Shown: piece by piece, positions 25,912 to 34,597 of the stretch | How positions within the stretch are numbered: the stretch's first letter is position 1 | Layout of the letters: every line of letters begins with the position of its first letter | Origin: a virus | Taxonomy: Duplodnaviria > Caudoviricetes | Strand: one strand, 5' to 3' | Length of the DNA stretch: 36,078 nucleotides | IMG/VR virus record: IMGVR_UViG_3300042507_004176 | Span: 1-36,078 of that record | Notes under the pieces: model-generated | The model's database searches: none | What the model saw: only the letters and a program-made list of their open reading frames with translations | Told to the model about the DNA's origin: nothing | Made by a program: the position numbers and the translations under genes

Positions 25912-27659
25912 TGCGCGTATGGGATCACGTATCCGCTTCTCAGATCGAGACATTCTTGCTTTGCGAGCGGAAATGGTTCTTCAAGTCGATCATGGGGCTA
26001 CCGACGCCCGAGCACGCTTCCGCCAAGCTCGGGAAAGACGTTCACGACTCGATCGAACGCTACTTGCTCGGCGAGATCCCCGCCACGGAGCTTCACCCGC
26101 TCGCGCGCCGGGTGTACGAACGCGGGTTCATGCCCGATCCCGAGTTCCACGCGGGGCGCTACACGGTAGAGCAGGCGATCGACGGTATGACGATCGAAGG
26201 CGTGCCCGTCGAAGGCTACATAGATCTTCTTGAAGCCGACGAGATCACGGATTGGAAGACCCGTGGCGATCCCGTGCGCTACTCGAAGACCGCCGAGCAG
26301 TTGACTACCGACGTACAGTTGGCGATCTACGCGAAGTACGCCCTTAGCCGGGCCCTAAGCGCCGACGCGATCCGCGTGCGTCACGTCAACATCGGCACGA
26401 AGCCGCCGAACGCGGTTACCGAGTCGGGCCCGATCGAGCTTCACCGGGAAGACGTGAAGCGCACCTTCACGCGCACGATCGAGCCCGCCGTTCGGCGAAT
26501 GCGTGAAGTTGCCTTGTTGCCTTCCCCGATGCGCGTTACGCCCAACGTGCGAGCATGCCACGCCTTCGGCGGGTGCCCGTTCCGCGACAAGTGCGACGCC
26601 GCCGACAAGGTAGCGTCGATCTCGATCTCCCCCACGCAAGGAGCTACGTCAATGCCCGAATCTACCGCCAACAAAGGATCAATCATGGCTCGCCTTCGTT
26701 CCGACTCCGCACCCGCCACGGCGCCCGCCGCCAACCCGAACCCCGTTCGCCCGCCCGACGCCCCGCCGAGCGGCGCCAAGGCGGCGCTTCTCGCGCGGCT
26801 CAACACGGCGAAAGCCGCCGACGTGACGAAGCCCGACGCGCCCGCGCCGAGCCGCGCCGCCGAGCCCGCACCCGCCACGGCGGGCAGCGCGAGCGGCGCC
26901 GATCGCAAGCCCCGGGGCTTCGCCGAGAAGCTCGCGGCGCTCGGCTACGACGAGAAGCAGATCGCCCGCATGGCGCCCGCCACCATGCACGCCGCGATCG
27001 ACGGCAAGATCAACGCCCGCGACGTGTCGATCTCGAAGACCGGCGAACTCGTGAAGATCGAACGCGCGCCCGTCGCGCCGAAGAGCGACGTACCGCCGCC
27101 CGACTTGACCGATCTTGACGCTTGCGTGAAGTACGCGGGCGAAGCACTCGGTTGGGATTCGAGCGACGGCGGCGAACTCGACAAGATGGGAGACGATATG
27201 CTCGTCTTCGTGTGCGACAAGAAGATCGCCCGGGGCACCGTTGATCTCGTCATGGGCGACGACGGCAAGATCGCCGATCTCGAAGAGCGCACGCCCGCTC
27301 CCGCGCCGAGCCGCCCCGCCGTCGCCGAGACGGCGCCCGAACCGGGCCCCATGATCCACGCGCCCGCGTCGGGGCTCGTTCTCTACATCGGGTGCCGCCC
27401 GGTCAAGGGCCCGCACGTTGCCGCCGCCCGCCCGCTCGCCGATCTCGTCGCCGAACTCGGCGCGCTCGTCGCCGAGGATGCGAAGATCGAGCACTACGGC
27501 TTGATCGAGTACAACGACGGCGCCAAGCGGATCGCCGCCCTGCTCACGCGCGAGCCGCCGAAGGGCGTCTTCGTCGTCGATCGCGGCTTGGCGACGACGC
27601 CCCACGCGCTCGAAGCGTTGCTTCCGTTCGCCGACGTCGTGATCACGGCGGGCGTGTAG
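25911..27659 (+). CDS. Cas4/RecB-like PD-(D/E)XK exonuclease with long C-terminal extension, 582 aa
   Basis: SASQI..C, GYID, DWKT, QLAIYA, C..GGCPF..C (four Cys). Confidence 0.87.
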   Translation: MRVWDHVSASQIETFLLCERKWFFKSIMGLPTPEHASAKLGKDVHDSIERYLLGEIPATELHPLARRVYERGFMPDPEFHAGRYTVEQAIDGMTIEGVPVEGYIDLLEADEITDWKTRGDPVRYSKTAEQLTTDVQLAIYAKYALSRALSADAIRVRHVNIGTKPPNAVTESGPIELHREDVKRTFTRTIEPAVRRMREVALLPSPMRVTPNVRACHAFGGCPFRDKCDAADKVASISISPTQGATSMPESTANKGSIMARLRSDSAPATAPAANPNPVRPPDAPPSGAKAALLARLNTAKAADVTKPDAPAPSRAAEPAPATAGSASGADRKPRGFAEKLAALGYDEKQIARMAPATMHAAIDGKINARDVSISKTGELVKIERAPVAPKSDVPPPDLTDLDACVKYAGEALGWDSSDGGELDKMGDDMLVFVCDKKIARGTVDLVMGDDGKIADLEERTPAPAPSRPAVAETAPEPGPMIHAPASGLVLYIGCRPVKGPHVAAARPLADLVAELGALVAEDAKIEHYGLIEYNDGAKRIAALLTREPPKGVFVVDRGLATTPHALEALLPFADVVITAGV

Positions 27660-27660
27660 C

Positions 27661-27975
27661 GTGGGGCACCGAAGCCAAGGTGAAGGCGGCAACGCGCCGC
27701 GCGCTCGATCGTGGGCAATCTTCGAGCAGATCGCCACGGGCGAAGTCGTCGAAGCCACGCCCGAGAACATGCGCGCCATGCTGCCCGAGCTTGAAGGGCA
27801 CGCGCTACCCTTCCGCTACCGCACGGCGAAGCGCCTGCTCGGGCGGGCGCTCGGGATCGAGCGCAAGCAGGCGGGCCCGATTCTCGTCGGGCGGCGCGAC
27901 TCTCGTAGGCTCGCCGCGAAGCTCCAAGCCGCGCACCGGATCGCCGCCGACGCGCTTACGCTCGGGCCTTGGTAG
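27661..27975 (+). CDS. Hypothetical protein, about 104 aa
   Basis: Fills the operon gap; genome-typical codons. Confidence 0.6.
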   Translation: MGHRSQGEGGNAPRARSWAIFEQIATGEVVEATPENMRAMLPELEGHALPFRYRTAKRLLGRALGIERKQAGPILVGRRDSRRLAAKLQAAHRIAADALTLGPW

Positions 27976-27984
27976 GGCGCCGCC

Positions 27985-28650
27985 GTGGGGCTATTTCGCC
28001 AGCACAAAGACGAGCAGAAACGCGGCGGGCTTCGGCTCGCCGACGCCTACTCGGTTGCGCGAGAGCCCCACGGCGCGCGGCTCGTACACGCCGATCCGCC
28101 GTGGCAATACCGGAACAACGGCGCGTCGGGCGTGTTCAACGGATCGGCGGAAGCTGCTTACGAGTGCGCGTCGGTAACGACAATCGCTCGCGACTTGAAC
28201 GCCGCCTTCGACTCGGCGGCGCCCGACGCCTACCTACTGCTTTGGATCACATGGCCGATCCTCGTTGAACTGCTCGGCGATCAAGAGTTCTTCGGGGCGC
28301 TTCGTTGGCGTGCGCTCTCGGGCGGATCGTGGCACAAGACGACGGGGATCGGCGTCGGCTTCCATTGGCGCGGCGACTCCGAGCCGTTGCTACTCTTCGC
28401 CAAGGGCAAGCCGAAGCCGGTCTTGAAGACGGCGCGCAACGCCCACGGCGGGCCCCGTTCGCGGCACTCCGAGAAGCCCGAGCCGTACCTTCGCGATCTC
28501 GTCGGGGCGTTCACGGAGCCCGGCGATCTCGTACTCGACTTGTACGCGGGCCTTGCCCCGATGCGCCGCGCGTGCGCCGCGACGGGGCGACGGTATCTCG
28601 GCGCGGAGATCGATCCCGAACGGCACGCCGCCGCATTGGCGACGGCATGA
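27985..28650 (+). CDS. DNA N6-adenine (or N4-cytosine) methyltransferase, MT-A70-like / beta class, 221 aa
   Basis: ADPPW, LLLW, HSEKPE, LVLDLYAG, GRRYLGAEID. Confidence 0.87.
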   Translation: MGLFRQHKDEQKRGGLRLADAYSVAREPHGARLVHADPPWQYRNNGASGVFNGSAEAAYECASVTTIARDLNAAFDSAAPDAYLLLWITWPILVELLGDQEFFGALRWRALSGGSWHKTTGIGVGFHWRGDSEPLLLFAKGKPKPVLKTARNAHGGPRSRHSEKPEPYLRDLVGAFTEPGDLVLDLYAGLAPMRRACAATGRRYLGAEIDPERHAAALATA

Positions 28651-30470
28651 TCCCCGCGAACGTGGCGGCTCGGCTCCGCGAGCATACCGACGTGATCGGC
28701 GTGCGGCGCAACAAGCGCGCCGCGCTCTCGAACCGCGACATTCTCTCGGCTATCGCGCACTCGAAGCGGCGCGACGGTGCGGCGTACACCGAAGCGCAAC
28801 GAGTCGCCGATCTTCCGACATGGAACCCCGCCGACTTCGCCGCCTTCGACCTTACCGAGCACTACCGTTCGCCGAACGGCGAGCAGCGACTTCGGCCGAT
28901 CCAAAGCGCGGCGCTTCATTGGGCAGCGCAAGCGGGCGGGCTTCTCGGGCCGATCGGCGTCGGGCACGGCAAGGGGCTTCTAACCATGCTCGTAGGCGTG
29001 GCTATGAAGGCGCAACGCCCCGTCTTGCTCCTTCCGCCCGCCATGCGCGAGCCCTTCGCCCGTGAGCATCGGAAGTTCCGCGCGCATTGGCGCTTGCACC
29101 CGGGCTTGAAGGTCGTACCCTACTCGCAACTTTCGGTCGCGACGGGTTCGGATCTGCTCTTGCGGCTTCAACCCGATCTCGTGATCGCCGACGAAGCGCA
29201 CAATCTCAGGCACCCGACGGCGACGCGCACGAAGCGCCTTCTGCGGTACTTCTCTCAGTTTCCGAGTACGCGCTTCGTAGGGCTCTCGGGCACCATGACG
29301 CGAAAGGGCTTGAAGGACTACGCGCACCTTGCCGAGCTTGCATTAGGCGACGGCTCGCCGCTCCCGCTCGATCCTTACGATCTGCTTGCGTGGGCGAACT
29401 GTATCGACGCCGACGGCATGCCCGCCGATTCGGATTGGCACACGCTCGCGAGCGGCGAGCACTTCTTGCCGATGGATTGGGAAGGGCTCGCCTTCGATGT
29501 CGAAGCGGGGCATACCGAGCGGCGCGACGTGGCGCGGGCGCGCTTTCAACGACGGCTCGTCACGACGCCGGGCGTTGTCGCTACCGACTCCGCGAGCGTG
29601 GGCGCGTCGCTGCTCTTCGTCGAACGCGGGCTTCGGCTCCCGCCCGAACTCGAAGACACGATCGCGGAAGTCGAAGCGACATGGTGCCGCCCCGACGGCG
29701 AAGAAATGGATTCGCCCTTGGCGAAGTACCGGCTCGACTCTCAACTATCCGCCGGGTTCTTCTACCGTTGGGTATGGCCGAACAACGAGCCGGATACCGC
29801 GTGGATCGAGACGCGGGCGGCGTGGCACCGAACGATCCGGGGCGTGCTCAAAGACAATCGCGAAGGGCTCGACTCGCCGCTACTCGTCACCCGCGCCACC
29901 ATGGCGGGCAAGCTCCCGCGCGCCGAAGCAGCGTGGGAAGCGTGGGACAAGCACCGGGCGAAGCCCGCGCCGCCCGTAGAAACCGTGTGGGTATCCGACT
30001 TCTTGATCCGCGACGCGATCGAATGGGCGATCGAGAGGATCAACGCCAACGAGCCCGCGATCATTTGGTACGCCGACAACGCCGTAGGGCTCGCGCTTCG
30101 TCGCGCCGGGCTTCCGGTCTACATGGCGGGCGACTCGTTGCCCGAGACGAGCGATCACGCCTTCGTAATGGCGTGCTCGGCGAAGGCGTTTGGCACGGGG
30201 CAGAACTTGCAAGCGTGGGCGCATAACCTCGTACTCTCGTCGCCTTCGAGCGCGAGCGACTTCGAGCAGTTGATCGGCCGCACGCACCGGGCGGGGCAGT
30301 TCGCCGACGAAGTAGAACTTCACTACTACGCCCACACCCGCCACGCGCGCAACACGCTTCGAAGCGCCATGAACCAAGCCCGCTACATCGAACAAACGAC
30401 GGGCGACGCGCAACGGCTCGGGTATGGCACATGGTCTAACGCCACATGGCAAGGGGAAGAAGAACCATGA
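28647..30470 (+). CDS. Superfamily 2 (SNF2/DEAH-like) helicase, 607 aa
   Basis: LRPIQ, GVGHGKG, ADEAH, LSGT, GQNLQ, EQLIGRTHRAGQ; ATGA start at 28647. Confidence 0.9.
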   Translation: MIPANVAARLREHTDVIGVRRNKRAALSNRDILSAIAHSKRRDGAAYTEAQRVADLPTWNPADFAAFDLTEHYRSPNGEQRLRPIQSAALHWAAQAGGLLGPIGVGHGKGLLTMLVGVAMKAQRPVLLLPPAMREPFAREHRKFRAHWRLHPGLKVVPYSQLSVATGSDLLLRLQPDLVIADEAHNLRHPTATRTKRLLRYFSQFPSTRFVGLSGTMTRKGLKDYAHLAELALGDGSPLPLDPYDLLAWANCIDADGMPADSDWHTLASGEHFLPMDWEGLAFDVEAGHTERRDVARARFQRRLVTTPGVVATDSASVGASLLFVERGLRLPPELEDTIAEVEATWCRPDGEEMDSPLAKYRLDSQLSAGFFYRWVWPNNEPDTAWIETRAAWHRTIRGVLKDNREGLDSPLLVTRATMAGKLPRAEAAWEAWDKHRAKPAPPVETVWVSDFLIRDAIEWAIERINANEPAIIWYADNAVGLALRRAGLPVYMAGDSLPETSDHAFVMACSAKAFGTGQNLQAWAHNLVLSSPSSASDFEQLIGRTHRAGQFADEVELHYYAHTRHARNTLRSAMNQARYIEQTTGDAQRLGYGTWSNATWQGEEEP

Positions 30471-30697
30471 AATCTCGCGATTGGCAATCCGAACTCGAAG
30501 ACCGGGCGGAAGAACTCGCGGGGCGCACTCCCGCGCCGCCGCCCGAGCGCCCCTTGTATGCGGCGGGGAAGACGACGAACCCCGGCGAAACGGCGCGGCT
30601 CGCCTACCGCGACGTGCCGCCCGCCGAGTGTACGCACCCGCTCGCCGCGCAACTCGGCGCCGTGTGCCGTGCGTGCGGCTTGGAGCGGGCGCCGTGA
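30467..30697 (+). CDS. Small Zn-binding hypothetical protein, 76 aa
   Basis: CTH...CRACG; ATGA and GTGA coupling. Confidence 0.65.
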   Translation: MKSRDWQSELEDRAEELAGRTPAPPPERPLYAAGKTTNPGETARLAYRDVPPAECTHPLAAQLGAVCRACGLERAP

Positions 30698-31020
30698 AAC
30701 CGATCACGCCGAACCGCGTCTTCCGGGTAGGGCCCGACGACGCGATAGAGCTACCGTGCGGGGCGCTCGCGCTCGTCGCCGTCGCCGACTACGAACGCCA
30801 CGCGCTCGGGCGCTACCGATGGTATCGCGGCGCTCGCGGGCGCGTCGTGGCGTCGATTGCGAGCGACCGTCGCACGGTCTACCTTTCGCGCCTGCTCGTC
30901 GGCGCGCAACCCGGCGAGCGCGTGGCGCTCCGCGACGCGGAGCCCGCCCCGGTGCCGCAACTCGCGGGGCGCGTCGCTTACGACTACCGCCCCGGCAACT
31001 TTCGGCGCACGTCTACTTGA
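30694..31020 (+). CDS. Degenerate HNH-endonuclease-like protein, 108 aa
   Basis: IEL..G.LALV...DYE...YRW...TVYLSRLL...DYRPGNFR skeleton of phage HNH proteins, without the catalytic His/Asn. Confidence 0.6.
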   Translation: MKPITPNRVFRVGPDDAIELPCGALALVAVADYERHALGRYRWYRGARGRVVASIASDRRTVYLSRLLVGAQPGERVALRDAEPAPVPQLAGRVAYDYRPGNFRRTST

Positions 31021-31046
31021 CGACTTCACCCGCCATCGGATAACCT
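31017..31046 (+). promoter_or_regulatory. Putative promoter for the SSB-tRNA-polymerase unit
   Basis: TTGACG-18-TAACCT. Confidence 0.55.
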
Positions 31047-31112
31047 TCAAGGGCTCGGCGGGCCTTCGCCGCCGTAGTCCACAAACGACGCCCGTTAGGG
31101 CAAGGAGTGTCC

Positions 31113-31553
31113 ATGTCTCTCTTTCGCGGTATCAAAGACACGTCTTCTCAGGGCTCGGGCGATTACCTCGGCACCGGGGTTCACCGGCTCGCGCTCGTCA
31201 CCTTCACGACGAAGGTTACCCGGAAGAAGATGGACGCCGTGATCGCTCGCGTCGAAGTGCTCGAAAGCTCGAACCCGAAGTACGCCAAGGGCGCGAAGGC
31301 GTCGATCTTCTTCACGGCGAAGCCCGATACGAATTGGTTGGGCGACGTGAAGAACCTCGCGCTCGCGCTGCTCGGCTCCAAGTTCGGCGAAGCCGTCGGC
31401 GAAGACGCCGTAGACGAAGAGGTAATGGACGCCATGACGGCGGGCGACGGAACGAAGATGGCGGGCGTAGAGTTCAAGTGCCAAGCGTTCGAAGTGCCGA
31501 CGAAGCGCGGCGGCGTCTTCACGAAGTACGCCAACGAGCCGATCTTCTCGTAG
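31113..31553 (+). CDS. Putative single-stranded DNA-binding protein, 146 aa
   Basis: AAGGAG SD; beta-rich; between helicase and polymerase; function inferred from context only. Confidence 0.5.
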   Translation: MSLFRGIKDTSSQGSGDYLGTGVHRLALVTFTTKVTRKKMDAVIARVEVLESSNPKYAKGAKASIFFTAKPDTNWLGDVKNLALALLGSKFGEAVGEDAVDEEVMDAMTAGDGTKMAGVEFKCQAFEVPTKRGGVFTKYANEPIFS

Positions 31554-31626
31554 TCGCTCACGGCGCGGCGAGCGTCGGGGCCCGCGAAGCTCCCTAAGCC
31601 GCCCAACAAGCGGCACTCGCCTACTT

Positions 31627-31701
31627 TGGCGTGTAGTTCAATGGTAGAACACGGGCCTTTGAAGCCCGGTGTTGTGGGTTCGAGCCCTACCACGCCAACC
31701 A
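31627..31701 (+). tRNA. tRNA-Gln, anticodon UUG
   Basis: Acceptor TGGCGTG/CACGCCA, D arm GTTC/GAAC, anticodon arm CGGGC-CTTTGAA-GCCCG, T loop TTCGAGC, encoded CCA. Confidence 0.96.
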
Positions 31702-31723
31702 CCTTCACGGTTACGGAGTCGTC

Positions 31724-31846
31724 ATGTTCGAGAGTCTTCCGCCCGTCGATTGGAGCCCCGGCGCGGGCGTCGTGTGGCTCGCCACGGGCGCGGCGATCTT
31801 CGCTTTCGCTGCGATCATGCTTTGGGCGAACGAGCGCAAGTCGTGA
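31724..31846 (+). CDS. Small single-pass membrane protein, 40 aa
   Basis: GGAG SD; MFESLPPVDWSPGAGVVWLATGAAIFAFAAIMLWANERKS; GTGA overlap with the polymerase start. Confidence 0.65.
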   Translation: MFESLPPVDWSPGAGVVWLATGAAIFAFAAIMLWANERKS

Positions 31847-33930
31847 AGCTCGTTTCGTTCGATCTCGAAACGCACTTGATCGACGACGGCTTGTTGGCGC
31901 CGCGCGCCGTGTGCCTTTCGTGGCGCTACCTTGAAGCCCCGTCGCCGGGCGGCGCCATGCACAAGCACGAAGCTATGGTGCCGTGGGGCGCGAGCATTCG
32001 GCCCGAGTTCTCGCGCGACGCGGGGATATTCCCGATGCAAGAAGGCGCGGAATGGCTTTCGTCATGCCTTGGCGATCCCGAAGTTCACTTCGTCAACCAA
32101 ACGATCGCCTTCGACTTCGGTTGCATGGCGGCGGAATGGCCCGAGTTGATCCCGTTGATCTTCGCTGCTTACGACGCGGGGCGCGTCTCGTGTACGAAGC
32201 TCCGCGAGCGCTTGATCGCGATTGCGCTTGGCGTGCTCGCGGAAGACGATCGCCAAGCCGCCAAGTTCGATCTTGCGACGCTCACGAAGACGTACACCGG
32301 GCGCGACCGTAGCTCAGTCAAGAGCGGGCCCGACGCTTGGCGCTTGCGCTACGGCGAGCTTGAAGGCGTGCCGCTCGAAGCATGGCCCGTTGAAGCGATC
32401 ACGTACCCGCTCGGCGACACAGAAGATGCCCTTGACGTATTCGCGGGGCAGATCGCCGCCGCCGAGCGGGCGGGCATCCTATCCGACGACGGGATCCGGC
32501 TCGTCAACGAGCCCGAGCAAGCGGCGGCGGCGTGGGCCCTTCACCTTGCCGGGTGTTGGGGTATCCGCGCCAACGCGGGGCGCGTGGCGGTACTCGCCGA
32601 GCAGATCGCCGAGCGGGCGAAGAAACTTGACGCCTTGAAGAACGAGCACGGCTTGTTCAACGCGCCGAAGCTCGTCAAGGGCGTAGAGAAGCCCGCGACG
32701 AACAACAAGAAGGCGCTTCAAGCGCTCGTCGCCAAGGCTTACGGCGGCTTCGAGTCGGCACCGAAGACGGCGGGGCGGCTCGACAAGAAGACGAACATAC
32801 GAACACCCGAAGTCGCAACGGACAAAGAAACGCTTCTCAACTCGGGCGACGAGTTGTTGATCGAGATCGCCGAAGCGGGCGACTCGCTCTCGGCGGTTCG
32901 GAACACGTTCCTCCCGGCGCTCGTTCGCGCCGTCAACGCGCCCGTTTGCCCTTCGTGGCAAGCGCTCGTCGCGTCGGGGCGGATCTCGTGTTGGGCACCG
33001 AACCTTACCAACCAACCCCGCACGGGCGGCGTTCGGGAATGTTGGGAAGCCCGCCCCGGCTACCTCTTCTTCAACGCCGATTACTCGATCGCCGAACTGC
33101 GCTCGTTGGCGCAAGTGACGTTTACGCTCTTCGGTCAAAGCAGCATGCGCGAAGCGTTGAACGACGGCAAGGAGCTTCACCTTCTCACGGCGGCGGGTAT
33201 CCTCGGGATTACCTACGAAGAATGCGTTCGCCGGTACAAGGCGGGATCGCCCGACGTGTGCGACAAGAAGCAGGGCGGGCGGCAACTCGCCAAGCCCGTG
33301 AACTTCGGGTTCCCGGGCGGCATGGGCGCCGAAACCTTCGTGAAGACGGCTTGGAAAGACTACCGGATCAAGCTCGGCGAGACGCACGAAGCCGCGATCC
33401 AACGCGCCAACGAGCTTCGTAACCTTTGGCTCGCCACGTATCCCGAAGTGCGCGCCTACTTCCGGTACATTTCCGAGCGCGGCGACGTATTCGAGCTTCG
33501 CCAGCACAAGAGCGGGCGGCTTCGGGGCGGGCTCTCGTACTGCTCGGGCGCGAATACGCTCTTCCAAGGGCTTACCGCCGACGGAGCGAAGGCGGCGCTC
33601 TATTTCGCGTCGCGAGAGTGCTATACCGGCGAGTCGGAAGCGTGGAACCCGCCCGCCGTCTCGGGCCCGGCGTTCTCGGGCACGCCGCGAAGCCCGCTCT
33701 TCGGGTGCCGCATGAACGCCATGATTCACGACGAGCTAATGGGCGAAGCCCCGGAAGCCCGCGCGCACGAAGCCGCCGTTCGGCTTGGCGAAGTCATGGT
33801 TCACGGAATGCAAATCTACACGCCCGACGTGCAAACCGTCGTAGAGCCCGTGATCATGCGGCGTTGGTACAAGGACGCGAAGCCGAAGTTCGGGCCCGAC
33901 GGGCGGTTGGCTCCGTGGGAACCCGAGTAG
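31843..33930 (+). CDS. polA: DNA polymerase family A with 3'-5' exonuclease, 695 aa
   Basis: Exo motifs FDLET, AFDF, YPLGD; SGRIS..PNLTNQPR; motif A DYSIAELR; motif B RQLAKPVNFG; motif C IHDE. Confidence 0.95.
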   Translation: MKLVSFDLETHLIDDGLLAPRAVCLSWRYLEAPSPGGAMHKHEAMVPWGASIRPEFSRDAGIFPMQEGAEWLSSCLGDPEVHFVNQTIAFDFGCMAAEWPELIPLIFAAYDAGRVSCTKLRERLIAIALGVLAEDDRQAAKFDLATLTKTYTGRDRSSVKSGPDAWRLRYGELEGVPLEAWPVEAITYPLGDTEDALDVFAGQIAAAERAGILSDDGIRLVNEPEQAAAAWALHLAGCWGIRANAGRVAVLAEQIAERAKKLDALKNEHGLFNAPKLVKGVEKPATNNKKALQALVAKAYGGFESAPKTAGRLDKKTNIRTPEVATDKETLLNSGDELLIEIAEAGDSLSAVRNTFLPALVRAVNAPVCPSWQALVASGRISCWAPNLTNQPRTGGVRECWEARPGYLFFNADYSIAELRSLAQVTFTLFGQSSMREALNDGKELHLLTAAGILGITYEECVRRYKAGSPDVCDKKQGGRQLAKPVNFGFPGGMGAETFVKTAWKDYRIKLGETHEAAIQRANELRNLWLATYPEVRAYFRYISERGDVFELRQHKSGRLRGGLSYCSGANTLFQGLTADGAKAALYFASRECYTGESEAWNPPAVSGPAFSGTPRSPLFGCRMNAMIHDELMGEAPEARAHEAAVRLGEVMVHGMQIYTPDVQTVVEPVIMRRWYKDAKPKFGPDGRLAPWEPE

Positions 33931-34139
33931 CCCGGTACTTCGCGAGCGGGCGCACGATCGACGAAGGCACGTCGGGGCGCGTCGTCGCGCTCGAAGCCGC
34001 CGAAGACATGGCGCGCAACCGTGCCGAGTTCTACGGCGTCGGGCAGGTTTGGCTATTGCACGGCGGAAGCGCCGCCCCGGTCGCCACCTTCGAGCGGGAG
34101 ACGCCCCTATTCCAAGGGCGTTGCGCCAAGCGCCCTTGA
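33915..34139 (+). CDS. Possible hypothetical protein, 74 aa
   Basis: Genome-typical codons after polA, but overlaps the convergent gene by 109 bp. Confidence 0.35.
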   Translation: MGTRVARYFASGRTIDEGTSGRVVALEAAEDMARNRAEFYGVGQVWLLHGGSAAPVATFERETPLFQGRCAKRP

Positions 34140-34519
34140 AGCTCCGTGCGGAGTTCGAGCCACGCCTTCGGCGTCGCCCTGCTCTCGAAGGCGTCAAGGT
34201 GCTTCGAGAGCGTGGCGCGGGCGGCGGCAAGCTCGCGGCATGACTCCGAGCAATGCTCACGCGGGCGCCCGCGCTTGCCGGTGCTTCCGGGGAAGGTAGA
34301 GCCGCACGCGCAACCCCGGTAGCCGTCGGCGTATCCGGCGTCGCCGACGGGCGCGCACTCGAACGCGGGCACGCTTTCGCGGCACTCGTGACGGGGCGCG
34401 GGCATGTCGCCCCATACCGGCACGCGAGCGGCGCACCCGGCGCACTCGTACCAGCGGTAGATCTCGGGCCCGAGATCGCGACGAGAAACACGGTAGGGCT
34501 TGCGCGGCGTAGGGTTCAT
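34031..34519 (-). CDS. Zn-finger protein, putative regulator, 162 aa
   Basis: CAGC...HEC and CAC...GRPREHCSESCR; AAGGAG SD; own promoter. Confidence 0.75.
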   Translation of the reverse strand: MNPTPRKPYRVSRRDLGPEIYRWYECAGCAARVPVWGDMPAPRHECRESVPAFECAPVGDAGYADGYRGCACGSTFPGSTGKRGRPREHCSESCRELAAARATLSKHLDAFESRATPKAWLELRTELQGRLAQRPWNRGVSRSKVATGAALPPCNSQTCPTP

Positions 34520-34548
34520 AGAGTGGCGCTCCTTTATTGCGCCCCGTC

Positions 34549-34577
34549 ATTATTACCGGCAATATCGCGCGAGTCAA
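34549..34577 (-). promoter_or_regulatory. Sigma70-like promoter
   Basis: TTGACT-17-AATAAT. Confidence 0.6.
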
Positions 34578-34597
34578 GCCGACGCGGGAAGGTGTTT

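Noticed and set aside
25911-26620. Cas4 as part of a CRISPR-Cas system
   Set aside because: Stand-alone Cas4-like exonucleases are common in phage replication modules; no cas1, cas2 or array
31627-31701. tRNA as attachment site of a prophage
   Set aside because: No integrase, no duplicated tRNA 3' end and no host genes; the tRNA is inside the replication operon
31669-31842. N-terminal extension of polA given in the ORF track
   Set aside because: It overlaps the tRNA and the 40-aa ORF; the exonuclease I motif begins right after GTG 31843
31843-33930. Z-genome (DpoZ/PurZ) or other base-substitution system
   Set aside because: No PurZ, DatZ, MazZ or other base-modification genes recognised
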